Below, piece after piece: positions 14,418-28,416 of a DNA stretch of 64,000 bases. The position numbers and the translations under genes were made by a program. Every line of letters starts with the position of its first letter. Positions within the stretch are counted from its first letter, which is position 1. The notes beneath the pieces are model-generated. The model made no database searches and was not told the DNA's origin. It worked only from the letters and a program-made list of their open reading frames with translations. The stretch lies in NCBI GenBank assembly GCA_903813345.2, contig CAIIXF020000001.1, positions 36,394,001 through 36,458,000 on the forward strand, given 5' to 3'. Origin of the DNA: Owenia fusiformis (Eukaryota).

Positions 14418-14873
14418 TTGCTGGAGAGGAAGAGAGTAGCGACCACATGGTTGACCCCCAACAAAGTCTTGCCCAAGAACTTCATCCTAAAGCTATCCCC
14501 TACTCACCCCCATATAACATTATACAGAACGATGGTGCAGGCCACCAGAACTACCAGAGTGATGGTGCTTCCCAAACAGATAACACAAGCAATGAAATAG
14601 ACCAGACCTCTCGTAAAGACCCTAAGGTTAATAAAGCAAAAAGGAAACGAAAAAAACAGAAACACCAACGAGATAAGAATCCAACAAATATACAGGATGA
14701 TGAAGAAGAAGGGAATGTTATCAATGAGTTGGGACTTACTATTCCTCCAGTTAGGTTCCACTCCTGTAGGGACCTTATCTGCCATAATGGGGGCCAGTGT
14801 GTAAGGGATGAAATGAGGGATGGATATAGGTGTCAGTGTCTGCTAAACTACCATGGCCAGTTCTGTGAACAAG
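14418..14873 (+). CDS. EGFLAM-like: Exon: low-complexity acidic/basic linker plus EGF domain
   Basis: Acceptor ttgtAG, donor GTATGT; 456 nt, phase 1-1; lies in ORF 14372-14893; ends CRDLICHNGGQCVRDEMRDGYRCQCLLNYHGQFCEQ. Confidence 0.88.
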
Positions 14874-17837
14874 GTATGTATATCCACCTTTGACTTCCAA
14901 AGTTTACATTTGAACAACTGAAAACTTGTACCTGGAGATGATGTTTATCTGAAAATGTTTGGACCATTAACACCAATCATGCAATTAACATTCCTTGTGA
15001 ACAAATTAAATGCCCTAATGCATGTACATGTAACATAGAACAGAGTAAGGAGAAAGTAGCCAACATATGAGCAAGACTGTAACCTCCTTAACCATAGAAA
15101 TGCAATGTTCTTTACAAAAATTAGGATTTTCCTCAAAAACAGCAGGTACATCATCTTCAGTGCATTTAAGGGGAAATCAGTTGTATCCTATTGCTATAAG
15201 GTGTCAATTTATTCTCTGTGATTCTCACTTGAAGTATGCTCATGAATCTCATTGACACTTTGGAATTGCTTCACATCCCTTGATACCCCTTCTTACATGA
15301 TCCTCTAATGAAACCATATGTCAGTTGATATAATTTACCCTGTGTACCAGTCAGCTAGTAACACTAGCACACTCTGAATATTGGTTGGTGTTTGGTAGTT
15401 GGTGTTCAGCATTTGTTATCCATAACAAATGGCAGGTGGTGACATTTTGCATGTTAATGCCTTGTCTCAAAATGTATTGTATTGGAATTAAATTGTTAAG
15501 TGATTGAAATGATAGACACAGAATGTATACAATGTATGTGTTACAATTTCCTGACTTCTCATTCTGATTGGTTATAGATGGCTTCATCAAAAGTCTTATC
15601 TATCGATTGTAGAGTATAGATTCAATTCAATATTGCAAGGGTACTGCTTTAATAAAGCAACCTACTTCACTTCAAATGAGAAACACTTCTGGGAATATTT
15701 TTTTAAATGATGAATCTTGTCATGATCTCTCCACCCCTTTATAATATGCCTAAAGGGTTATTCTGCCTATACTTATCACCTCTTTCATTTATTTAACACA
15801 CTGTCAAGTGGCCCTGTACAATTTGCGAAATCCTTCAAAATGTTTTTTAGGTTTATCTTCCACTCTTGTGATATTGATTAACCAGGACACTAAATTAGTC
15901 ATTGGAAAACATCTTACGTGGGTTGAGCTCTCTGTTTTCTCTGTAGAATTTCAATAAAGTGTTTTACAATTGAATATTGGTGCAGTAATGTGTGTCACCA
16001 TACCATTTTCATTAGATTGGTTTTGCTTCTTTAAAAGGGTTTAATGTACCACTAAAATCACATTTTTAATGTAAATTGTACAATTAGCGAACATGTAATG
16101 GATAATATTTCTTGTCAACTTAGTAATTTTTCAAACTTTGATTTTTGTCCCATGTGTCGTACGTCTTTAGATATTAATCACCGGGGCACGGTACCTTACT
16201 CAGAAACCTGTATGTGCCTCTGTGTAAACATTTTGATTCTCATAACATCTTTTTTTTTGTTTCACCTCAGGGCTTAGAAGAAATGCGATGTCATGGAGCA
16301 AGTGTTAGTCCCCCAGAAACATTGACTATATCAAGGAGCTATTTGGTGATGTCTGGCCACTTATAAAGTGTCTGAGACAATACATAAAATAAATTCAGAA
16401 CTTTTCATTATTTTGTGGGGGGTGTGAGGGGTGGCCCACTCCCCCTAGAAAATTTTACAATTTTAAGATGCTATTTGGTGCTTTCTGGGCACTTTCAAAG
16501 TGTATGAGTCAATGGAAAAAAATTAGAAAAAAAATTGTTTTCAATAAAAAAAATTTCCCAAAATTTTTTTGGGGGGTGTCAGAGGGGGGTGCGGTCGCAC
16601 CCATCGCACCCCCCATCTGACGGCCATGTGGTTTATCATGATGATGTGTATAGTATAACACTGTGTTTTATAGTATCACTGTCATGATCTTTTCTATTTG
16701 GGAAGTTGCAGTACAGTAAATAAAGTAAATGAACATTCCATGTTTCTAAAGCAGTTTTCCCTTCTGAGACTACCTTAGAATGAGTTATCTCTTAGTGCCA
16801 TGAATGTATCCTTTATCTAAAACAGTGAGCTCTGTAATCTTAGTGAAACTAATATTGGACTACAGGGAGAACCAGTTGAGATTGTTGTTTGATTTAAGGT
16901 AAAATCAGAGAGTAACTTTTCAAAATGATGGTCTCAATTCAAGAATCTTTTGAACTAAGAACATCTCAGGGTGCCTATTTTCAAAAAATTCAAAATGCTT
17001 GTATCCATTTTGAAAGAAACTCATAAAACATAAACATGAATGTGAATATCTTCGTTGCAATCTGATGGCATATAAAAGTAAAGTAGTCATATAAACAATA
17101 CCCCATTGTATTATTACAGAATGCCACAATCTCGAACAATCATCTTTATTTGATATGATCAAAAAATATTACATCTTTGCTATTTTTCAAGCTCATGTTC
17201 ATCAGTGTAAGTTGGAGCTGTAAGCTAGTTGAAGCTTGTATGGTCAAAACAGCATGGAACTGTATCAGAAACCTGGTATACAAAGGTCAATAAAAGATGA
17301 GTGATGGGATGGAACAGAAATATTTCAGAATAAAATTGATTGAAATGTATGCCTACAGGAAGATTTTTTCAGTGAGGATAGTAATTTTACTTTCTTAGAG
17401 GATCTCTTCAATTTTAACTTTTGTAAGATAAGTTCAAGTATCAACTACAGTATTAAAACTGAACATTACCACAGGTTCTCTGAGTGCTGTTAAAGTTTAT
17501 ATTCTATCTATGAGAGGTGATAGATCAAACCAGTACCCCTGAGAAATCATTGCATTCCCAGCAGCTAAACCTATTATGAATTGAGCCCAGAATAATTGAT
17601 CAGTTTTAAGGATAAAGACTGGTCTATTTATTTTGTGTTAGTTAATGTCCCTATAGAAGATGTCCAAGTCTGATGATTCTGATTTTGATGTTAGTTTTTG
17701 AGTCCAAAGTAAAATCCAAAATTTACAACTTGAATCAATTGATGATTTTAGAAAATATATTTTAAAATTGAAGATAAAAATTACACTTGGGTTTCCAAAA
17801 CTATGAGTGACTGCTGTTTGAGAATAGAATATTCTAG

Positions 17838-18531
17838 TTATCCCACCAAATGAAGTTCGAGAGGGATATAGGAAAGCCATCTGCCCATCTGTTCGTCTGT
17901 CAAAATTTATATGCTGATGCCTAGGGACAAAGGAGCTACGTTGAAGAAGATATTTTCAAAATGGCTGCTAAATATCAAAATGACAGTCATTTTTAGTAAA
18001 AAACATAATCTTTGATAACTCAAATACCATTGAATGGATTTGTTTCAAATTTTATATGCTGATGCCTTGGGACAAAATAGATTTGTTCAAGAAGGAGCTG
18101 AAGAAGAGATTTTTAGAATATATCAAATACCAGTGGACAGATTTAAGGATCAAATTTTATATGATGATGCCCAGAAACACAGTACCTCTGTTTGACAAAG
18201 AATTTTTAAGATGGCAGCTGAATTTTAAAATGGCCGGCATTTTTGTAAAAAAATGTGATCTCAAATAGTACTGAACGGATTCGGTTCAAATTTCGAGATA
18301 GATTTTCAAAATGGCGGCTGAATTTCTAAATGACTGCCATTTTTTGTAAAAAAGGAATGTAATCTTTGATAACTCACATGCTAATTGACGGATATGGTTT
18401 ACATTTTATATGTTGATGCCTAGGGACAAACAAGCTCTGCTCAAGAAGGAATTTTCAAGATGGCCACTAATAATCAAAATATGTTTTGTTTGGTGCGATT
18501 TGTTACTCCGTGGAGTTTCTGTTTTTTCTAT
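17838..18531 (-). mobile_element. Helentron-associated non-autonomous element (HINE/DINE-1-like) with internal tandem repeats
   Basis: 5' end on minus strand tagaaaaaacagaaactccacggagtaacaaatc matches 47259; 3' hairpin atccc...gggat and decayed GACR microsatellite at 17838-17900; internal repeats containing tttatatgctgatgcc and aaaatggc. Confidence 0.75.
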
Positions 18532-20788
18532 ACTGATAAAGTTACACACAAAAATATATTTTGGGTTTGAATTGAATATTATTCTTTAACGGACAAAAAT
18601 AGTTGAATGACTTGAAATATAATTTTTGCAATATTTTGGCCCATTTTCCACCATAAGGATGAATAGTCTATCTGCTCAAAATGAGCCATTTATTTAAGCT
18701 TTCCATTAGACTGTATGAATCAAAAATACATGTTTAATTGGATCTCTGGATGCATGCCACTATCTAGAGATTTATGATAAATATGAGATAAACAGATTGA
18801 AAGGCATTTCTGTTTCTAATCACAACAATGCAATGTTAGACCATAACAGACCTGGATTATTGATCTTGTTGTAAATAGGATTTTACCCATATTAATGATT
18901 GTTTTCTACCTTTAGATAGTATTATCATTAAATTGGGTTTCCAAGAAGTTTTTGCATCCATGTAAGTTTGAGGGATTGTTCAAAGAGCGTTGGTTCAATC
19001 ATTCTCAAACCTCCATCTTCAACATTTTGAACTAATTGTGAGAAGCTTACTTTTGCTACTGTGGAATTCCATATAAAAGAAGTAAACAGTTGTTTTATTC
19101 TTTTATGATTTGTTGCTTATTCTTTGAAATAAAAAAAATTATAAAAAATAAAAATAAAAAAAATAAAATAAAAATTGGGTTTCCAGATTATCTTGTTTTA
19201 CAAATTGCACCTTTTAATTTAATATTTATGTTTGAATATTGTTTTATTGAAAGTCCTGTTATAGTTTCGAATGTTATTTTTACCATTTTATTATTCCTCA
19301 TGACTTCAAAAATGGTTTGAGACAATCTTTGGTAAAGGTTAGGAAATGTTACACAAATCAAGATTAAACATACTTTAAGTAATGGAGTAGATTTTTTATA
19401 TTTAGCTAATTGTTCTCAATTTGCTTACTTATCACTGATACACAGAAAATATTTCAATAAATATCCATACAGGTTATGTGTACCATTTACCAGATATATT
19501 GACTATTACTCCATCACTTAAGATGAAGCTCTCTTTTGAGAACCTAAGTAGAATGAATGCAAAGGGTATCACTAAAATCAAGTTTTTGATTGTCAATAAA
19601 CCTGAAATGTTATCTACCTTAAACATACACATACAGGTGCAAAACTCAAACAGCTCATTAGGGATTTGAATCAAAAATATGAGGGAGGTCTCACAATTCT
19701 TTGTAAGTTGCAAGTTTTGAAAAATAAGATATTGCTTTCAAATGTAAATACTGAATGAATAATTGTTTGACTGTCAAAAATCTAATTTTCTACCCACTTT
19801 TATAGAGAACATCTTTTTTGTTGAAAGAGAAATGGATTATGTTTGCTTAGGCTAAATCAATAAGTAGACTATCTACTTTGCCATATTTAGAAGAACATGA
19901 TCGAGTAAACTGTTAATCTAAATTGAAAGCTTTTCAGGGATGTAGGATATCGGCAAACAGAGATTCCTGTAGAATTGAAAACGGATAAAGACTAATAAAA
20001 TGAACTTTCGGTTGTTTTGAAATTCCATCACATTTAATCGTTTATATTCCAAAATTCCGACAAATGGCAATCATTTCTGAATTAGTAGGCACATTATCAT
20101 TCTGAATGCTAGTAGGTGATCAGGAGAAAAAATTTCCAATAAAACGATTTTAATCTTAGAATTCCTTGCAAGAGAATTTAAGTGTGAAGAATGGTTAAGG
20201 AATTGATACGAGTAATTAAATAACAATGGAAAAGCAATAGATAGCTGGTCCCATGGCGATCCATTTCTTTTTTGCTCATTAGGTGAAAAAATCAATTAAC
20301 GGTTAAAAAATCCAGGGGATTTGGCATGAACCATAGGATCAATCAAGTGGTTGCAGAGCTGCATGTATTGATAGTTTGTGTGGAGCTGTTAGAGTGTATA
20401 TTATGTGATTTTATTCTAAAACATACACCCACATTTATGATATAGGATCTACAGATTTCAAGGTACACTGTATGTACACCCATAATTTATTGTTCAACAC
20501 CTGGGATTTATACACCACGATCACAATAAGAAATGATTGTAAATGATCAAATGAGATTGTATCAAATACTCGATTATTTTGACTCTTGTTAACCATCAAT
20601 GCTAATCTTGACCATATTAATCCATATCCTCGTGTTATTGATTATTCAATCATTCTTTATTGGCTGAAGTGTGATTCCATTTGAAGATTCCATAAAATGA
20701 TGAACCATCCCAATTATCACATTCTTGTGGGATTATCTAATAATTTTGAGAAACTATAATATTTTGACTACCTTTGTGGTATATATAG

Positions 20789-20983
20789 CAGGCCCGTAGC
20801 CAGGATTTGCCAAGGGGGGGTTCAGTTTTCAAAAATTTCCAGGGGGGGTTCATATTTGACAATTTTGGACCAAATATGGCTAAAATCACTTGAAAAGTGC
20901 TCAAAATGGTGAAAAACTGCATAACTTTTGGCCAGGGGGGGGGGTTCGCCCGAACCCTGCGAACCCCCCTGGCTACGGGCCTG
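20789..20983. mobile_element. GC-rich MITE with TIR CAGGCCCGTAGCCAG
   Basis: Perfect terminal inverted repeat caggcccgtagccagg/cctggctacgggcctg; related ends at 41195-41588 and about 50040. Confidence 0.8.
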
Positions 20984-21672
20984 CATAGCCTGCCCTCTAC
21001 TTCACGAAAGCTTGAGGACAGCAGAATGATACATGTATATGTAGTAATGTTCAAGTCAGTGTCATTCTTTATAATATTAATAGCCTTTGGTCTTGTTTCA
21101 AGTACTGTATAGACCCCCTCCCCTTTTGAAATTGTCACAAGTAAGACTCATTATTTAGCTCACATGATGCCTTTTTCATATCTGCAGACTCGCTCCTTTC
21201 AAATGAAGGCTCTATAGTCTACTAGATGTGATCAAAATTTGTGCCTGTTTTCTTGTTTTGATCAATTACTTTATTAAAAGGGCTTGATAATGGTGGTAAA
21301 AATCATCATTAGAAGGGATTCTATAGAAACTGAGGAAACTGAGAAATTGAGGGTCTCAATGATAGACAATTTAAGGAATCTTCAAAATCACTTAAATCAT
21401 TTATGCGAGGGGGTCTATAGATATAAATTACACATTAAAGAAAAAAATTAGTTCTTTAATTAGTTACTTTATTAACTTTAATCCTCGATATAACACAACT
21501 ATATAGAAGATGAAAGAGTTGTTTGATCAATGATTCAATAACTATTGAGAGGTATAAAAATGTCTAATGTCAACATTATGACACAATTACATTCTTTGAT
21601 AGTGATTCCTCATTGTTTGATCTGCTGTGGAATGGAACTATCATGAAATCAGGGTACATAGGGCCTGGAAAT

Positions 21673-21866
21673 CAGGACTGTAATGAATTTTTGTTTTATG
21701 TAGAGGACTGTAATGAATTGATGTTTTATGTACAGGACTGAAATAAATTGTTGTTTTGTGTACAGGACTGTAATGAATTTTTGTTTTATATACAGGACTG
21801 TAATGAATTGTTGTTTTATATACAGGACTGTAATAAATTGTTGTTTTATGTACAGGACTGTAATAA
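21673..21866. repeat. 30-bp minisatellite, about 6.5 copies
   Basis: caggactgtaatgaattgttgttttatgta unit with period 30; explains the repetitive ORFs 21649-21921 and 21728-21928. Confidence 0.95.
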
Positions 21867-22425
21867 AAATCTGCATTAGGTGCCTGTACCTATCAAGAAT
21901 ATTGACATACATATTGTTCACACATTGACAGTGATAGAATTAGATCCCATGATTAGTAATTTACTGAGCAGTGCTATGACAGGAATATGCAAATATTGAA
22001 TCTTCCTTTCTTTCATTGTAACCTCAATTTTTCAAGATTTTCATTAGTTTCATTAGCATGTTTTTTGATAAAATTTATATCTTCACTTCTTCCTCAAATG
22101 CCTTGCCAAAAGTCTCTGTTAACTGCTTGATCATAATATTTGCAATTAATAATACAGATTTTCTCAAATATATTTCATGATTTATCCAACATAGATTGAG
22201 AGATAAGAATTTTGACACACTCATTTGCACTTCTGATCTTTTTGTTATATAACTATACTCATATTTGAGACACACAGCAATCAATTGTGAATTTCATTGC
22301 CGTATGTTTTTATACTTAAAAAATTGTGAAAATACCTGACATTTTATTATGATTTCCCAATCATCACCCAGCTCCATCAAAAACTATTTATATTTCATAT
22401 CTGACAAAGTTCTTATATGTTGCAG

Positions 22426-22627
22426 AGTCTATGGTGAGATACCCACGTCTGATTGGCTCCGGCTATGTGGCATTTCCTGTTCTGCGCAACGCCTACAAGG
22501 AATTTTCTGCTACAATTGAGTTCAGACCAGAACTTAACAATGGATTGTTGCTCTTCAGCTCCGAACATGTAGATGCTAAGGCTGACTTCTTTTCTGTGGC
22601 TCTTATAGATGGTTATGCAGAATTTAG
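22426..22627 (+). CDS. EGFLAM-like: Exon: laminin G domain 1, N-terminal part
   Basis: Acceptor tgcAG, donor GTAATA; phase 1-2; YPRLIGSGYVAF...IEFRPELNNGLLLFSS...DFFSVALIDGYAEFR. Confidence 0.93.
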
Positions 22628-23999
22628 GTAATATGCTGTTTGCTTGTTTCTTTGTTTCTTTGCTTATACATTTGTTTGGTTATTTCTCAATTTCTTTTAT
22701 CTCTACTTGCGTGGTTGATTATGACGGTGCCTCAAAAAGACATTAGTCATATGTGTTTCAGAAAATACATATAATGCAGCAGGTACTGTCTAAAAATGTT
22801 AAACACAAATAAATTATACAAGTATTTTCTTTTTTATTCGTGGTGAAAAATTTTTCACTAGATTCAGAAAAATGTTCTCTCTTAAAAGATGTTCGCATGA
22901 GAGAGATTTACATTATACAATAATTGTTCACCTGATAAAAGTTTTTCTCAAAAAAAAAATCTTTATAAATGAGAAAAGAAATCATGGAAATAAATCTCTG
23001 AAAATACTGTTATTGATGTGTTTTCTTTGTTCTATTATAATTAGAACCTCAATGAGCTCTGTATTCCAAATAATGGAATTTCCATGTTGCCCCATACTTT
23101 GACCAATAGTCCATTCAGTATTAACTATTATATTAATGCTTTTACTTACCATACAGTTGAAGGAATTAATCAAAGTTCATACACCTCATAGATCTCATTT
23201 CCAGACAATAATGAAGTTGAACTTAGGTATTTTATGATAGATATTTATGAGATAATCCACTATGTTCCTATATACACAGGTTTAGCTGTATCTACTTAAC
23301 CCACACAGCAGATAGTAAAGGCATGGGATTTACATACACACCTGTCAGAGGAGAATGCAAAACATCAACAAACAATCAAATCAACCATTTATATATATAT
23401 ACGTCAAGTGGTATCCATTTTCATGGGACATCTCAAATACTATCACCAAACATGTTTTAATGGTGTAAATGACTCCCATTTTACCAAGTTGGTATAGAAT
23501 CAAATGTGAAAATCAGAACATGTCAAATGACGATATAAAAAGTAAAATAAATGTTTTTCAGAATATGTGAGCAAAAGAACAATACGGTTTAATTATAATG
23601 TAGAAACATTCCAGGCAAATTTATTACGGTGTGAAGTGCTTCAAAACCACCACATATGTACATACATGCTAAAACTTTTGAGTTTGCCCAAAAATGAGAA
23701 CCACTTGGTAAAATAGCTGCAGCTCAATCAAATACATATATTAATAATAATATTTCATACATGCGAGTCACATAAAATATAACCTACCTAGAGTACCACC
23801 TCTGTTTGCAACAGATGGGTCTTTTGCATCCGGGATTCCCTTTTTAAGTATCATGTGACCTATTAATTTTGTTCCATCTGCACTTGGTTGCCAGGTAACA
23901 GGGTGCTGATATTTCACTTTTTGTGATTTTATAACATGGGGTCTATGGGGAATCTCCCAACCTAGAGTCACATTTTCAAAGAAAATTAATTTTTCAAAG

Positions 24000-25018
24000 T
24001 TGATATATATAACTTTTATTGACATATTGTATCATTACATGATTACATTCAAGTCACAACTACTCACTAACTAAAACTACTTCTACATTTACAAAGTAAT
24101 GTACAAAAATTCCATATGCATATTGAAAGCATACAAGAGAGGCAGAATATTTTTAAGTGTGATGTACAAAATATGCTGACTATTCTAAATTGTTAAATGA
24201 GTGATATATAAATTTACCAAGATGCCGTTGTACGATGGTATTATCACTTGAAATTATATTTGTAAATAAATTATCACTATTTAAATCAAATTTTGGTAAT
24301 GTTTCAGAAATTTTGCTGAAAAATATTTGCCTATGTTGAGAATGCTTTGTACAATTTATGATAAAGTGAAATTCATCTTCTACACAATTACATATATTAC
24401 ATAATCTTTCATTTACAGGTTTGGATTTTGGCTTTGTGTGTCTTCCTGTTTCTATTTTTAACTGATGTGAACTCAACCTAAATCTACTTATTGCTAATCT
24501 ATATTTTTTATTGTCTAACTTTGTATATGGTTCTAATGCAAAATCTTTCTTAAACAGCTTATATGTTCTTAATTTGGGATATATCAAAATGTCCTTTTTC
24601 CAATTTTCAACAAACATATTCTTTAATTTCTTGTCAACCAAATTTACTAAGTGGTCTGTAATTTGGCTTTGGTCATCCCAGTACTCTGTTAGTTCACATT
24701 TATGAAGTATATCATAAACCTTTCCAGACCAAGATTTAAATCCTAATTCATGTTTTTCTTGTCCATATAAGTAAGCCTGGTTTAAAATATTAGATTCTGG
24801 TAGTTTAATAAGTCTTAACCAGTATTTCACAATTGATGATTCAATTTTGATAGATAAAGGAAATTTACCAAGGTCACCATACACTGTGGGATTAGCTGTT
24901 TGAGTTTTGACACCTAAAATAGATTTTAAAAAGGACAAATGTATTGTTTCAATCGCTTTCATCTGCTTCTTGTCATACCAAATTTCACAGCCATAACATA
25001 GTATTGGACTGACTAATG
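24000..25018 (-). mobile_element. 5'-truncated non-LTR retrotransposon (RTEX-like ORF2 C-terminus), antisense in intron
   Basis: Open frame LVSPILCYGCEIW...FLKSILGVKTQT..VYGDLG...KLRTYKLFK...FRLSSHQLKIETGRH...CNICNCVEDEFHFIINC; AATAAA and AT-rich tail on the minus strand near 24000-24020. Clade assignment from motif recall. Confidence 0.88.
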
Positions 25019-26411
25019 GTAATCATTAATCCAGGGTGTAGCTGATAATTGAACTCAGGAAAGTGAACTCAGGCAATGAATTAAGATATAACAATGTTTT
25101 GGCCAAAGAAAAATGGAAGAAGATTTTAGAGAATTGATTGATGTAATAATACTGTACTTATCACAAGTTAAGCATTTAGACATTATACTGGGAAGAGTAT
25201 ATATTAATAATATGTTTGTTAATCCCATATGTTGTATATGAAGATTATCTGATGGGGGAAACAGGAAAATATACTATTTTATTCTTATTATCCAAGCATT
25301 TTCATTGTAAAAATCAATAGAAACATGGTAGATAGATTTTGCCCATCAATAAATTATCATAGGCCATGGCTTGTGCACGTAGACTTGCACACAAAGAAAA
25401 TAGAGATATCTAGAAATAAGACAATTAATATGAAGGTGGATTAACATGAAGAGATCAGTCATTCAGTTGTTTTATGAAGTACATGTAGAGAGATAATATA
25501 AATGAAACAATGTGCAGGTTCCTCAGAATGGAGATAGTTGGGATGAATTATTAATGTAAGTAGTCATTATCCTACAGATCAGGGATTCCCCACATAAAAA
25601 ACATCATAGTGTTTCAAATATAAAATGTTAAAATAACTGAAGAGTACATGGGATGGGAACAATTTTAGTCCATTTAAGAGTTCATATACAATATATGTTT
25701 GTATATTTAGCAAGGATTAAATATTTGGAAATAGCCATGAATCAGATGAAATGATATATTTTGAGCACTGGATATTCTCTGATGAACAGTATCTCTGTGG
25801 AATTTGGATCCATTTCTTTCTTTTTAAACTTGATTTAACTTCTTTCATTAACTCAATTCCATACAAATCTAGAATGATAGTCCATACACTGTATTTGATC
25901 ATGTAGCTACCATTGATGTAGGGCAATATTATTTGCTTGCTAAGTTCAATTCTAATTGTGGCTAATTTAGAAATATCAATTATATTATGAATTTTCAAAA
26001 ATATTAAAAGGTGTCATACCATCATTCCAAATTCCAGATGTTTGAGTGGAACCAATGAACTAAAGATTATGGTTTCATCGATGTAATAGAAAATCCCCAG
26101 AATCTGCACTTCAATAAAATAATGAAATCATATCTAATGTCAGTATGAATGATTGATGCCAAGTAGCGAATATTTTCTACTAGATTAGTTTTTTCTGCCA
26201 GGCATTACTATCTAAATTCAAGGCCATGACCTCAGTTAATGTTAGCTACAGAGCATTATCAATTAGACGCATCCCCCATCTGTTCTTTCTCAATGTGAAT
26301 CCTGACTTTTTGATTTCATCATTTTGTGACTCAATACTACATCAAAGATGCAGGATTAAGCAGTATTTCACTACTATTAATTTTGATAACTATAGAACCC
26401 ATGAATTGAAG

Positions 26412-26538
26412 AAAAATTGAATCAGCAATTTTTTCCAGCCATCCTAATCTAGAATTGAAAAAAAACAGCAATTTTTTCCAGCCATCCTAATCTAGAATTG
26501 AAAAAATAGAGCAATTTTTTTCCAGCCATCCTAATCTA
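26412..26538. repeat. About 43-bp tandem repeat, 3 copies
   Basis: agcaattttttccagccatcctaatctagaattgaaaaaa repeated. Confidence 0.9.
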
Positions 26539-27035
26539 TCACAATATTCTGTAATAGTAAGACCAAGTGTTAAATAATTTCTGATTATTATATTTAGCAG
26601 ATAAGATGCAAATACTATCCATGTACATGTACCAGTTTAGTCATAGTGCATAATGGAGTGGAAATATCTTACATTTTGTGCCTATTTAGTTAACATGTTC
26701 CTTTTCTGAATGTTTAAGATAAGAATTGTAAGTGTTCTTGACACATTGGGTTGCTATGTTTTCTACAAATGCAGATAAGGTTTGAGCAACATCCTGTAGT
26801 ATTGGGCAAAATCCAGGTTACGTTAAACTATACCCCCTCCCCTTGATGTATTGCCACATAGTATCAAGTCCCAACCTACTTTCCATTATCATGATATCGC
26901 TTGGAAATAGAGAACAAGAAGGATCTGATTGGATTTATTTCATCAAATATCAAATTAATATGAACTTAAAATGTTTCAAATAACCCATGCTTTAGTAAGT
27001 ATCCCCCCTTTTAACTTATAAAGTTCCTATGAACA

Positions 27036-27350
27036 CCAACACAAGATCCCTGTTGGTAGCTCACCTTGGGGGATTCACCGTATACAAAATTCAGCAGGGG
27101 TCCTCGGCTGAACCCTCAGATATCAATGTGTTCCCATACCAATCTGTCAAATTTCAATGTGTTCCCATACCAACCAAAGTAACGTCCAAAAGTCATACCA
27201 AATGTCCAAATATAAAATCAATGCCATACCAAATGTCCAAATATAAGACCAATGCCATACCAAATGTCCAAATATGAGACCAATGCCATACCAAGGATTT
27301 AAACCATTCTGAGACTCAGACCATCTCTGCCTTGCAAAGAAGGAAATTAA
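27036..27350 (+). mobile_element. HINE-like element with 31-bp internal tandem repeat
   Basis: Start acaagatccctgttggtagctcacc; ataccaaatgtccaaatataagaccaatgcc repeated 3+ times at 27196-27295; imperfect terminal hairpin. Confidence 0.5.
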
Positions 27351-27892
27351 TAGGAGTCTGTGATCTCTCACATGGATATAAACTGTCTGAGCTGCAACTT
27401 ATTCCAGAAATGATTACATTTTCACTAAAAATATCTGTGTAATGTTTCATTATTCATTCCTTGATTCTGTCTTTGTGTGAAGGAAGAGATAACAAACACC
27501 TCTAATTGAGTTTAGGGTGACAGGGATTTGCTTCCTAATCTCTATACACTACTGGAATATCAAACAGACAGAGGGTAGAGCAACCTCCTTCATGAATAAG
27601 AGCATTCAAAAGTGAGCCACACAAATTCAAGCGTGATACAAAGTAACATGATGAGTGCAGGAATTTCATTAATAGGGAGGTTAAGTTAGGACTGTTTTGA
27701 AGAATGTGTATGTGAAACATGTAAACTTATGGTCCATCCACCCAACTGGCCTTTATTTGCCCAATTGAGTATAAAGGTGTGAAGAAAACTAGAGATAATG
27801 CAAGAATACACCATGTGTACATAATCCATATTATATGGGCATGCAGTACCCTGTACTTTATACCATTTTTGTTTTTTCTACTTGTTCTTTAG

Positions 27893-28037
27893 GTTTGATT
27901 GCGGGACAGGGCCTGCAGTGATCAAAAGCAGCAACAAGATCATCCTGGGCCAGTGGAACAGAGTGACTGTACACAGGGATGAATGGAATGGATGGATGAG
28001 GCTCAATGGAGCAGAACAAGTTAAAGGAAGATCAAAG
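27893..28037 (+). CDS. EGFLAM-like: Exon: laminin G domain 1, middle part
   Basis: Acceptor ctttAG, donor GTACTT; phase 2-0; FDCGTGPAVIKSSNKIILGQWNRVTVHRDEWNGWMRLNGAEQVKGRSK. Confidence 0.93.
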
Positions 28038-28223
28038 GTACTTTTACATTGTTAACACTGAAAGTATGTTATAGAAAAATGGCATCTTCACTCTGTTTTT
28101 GTGTGCATACAACCCTGCCATCTTTTAATGATAGCATATTGCAATATGAAGTAGACATTGTATGAAATATTAAATGAATTTTTGCAGATACACTCATGAA
28201 TTTTAATGTGTTCATGTTTTCAG

Positions 28224-28416
28224 GGTATTTATTCCCGCATCACCCTGAGACAAGATCTGTACCTGGGGGGCTATACAAACAGCTCAGCTATAGGCCCTAG
28301 GGTGGGGATGAGATGGGGCTTTGTTGGCTGCATACGCAAGCTGCAGATCAACCATAGGGTGTATGATATGCGTAAAGGGGCATATGTTGGTGATGCTATA
28401 CATGGTATTGATGTCA
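28224..28416 (+). CDS. EGFLAM-like: Exon: laminin G domain 1, C-terminal part
   Basis: Acceptor tttcAG, donor GTAAGT; phase 0-1; GIYSRITLRQDLYLGG...GFVGCIRKLQIN...IDV. Confidence 0.93.

Noticed and set aside
14504..14785. Hydrophobic 93-aa minus-strand ORF
   Set aside because: Antisense shadow of the purine-rich real exon.
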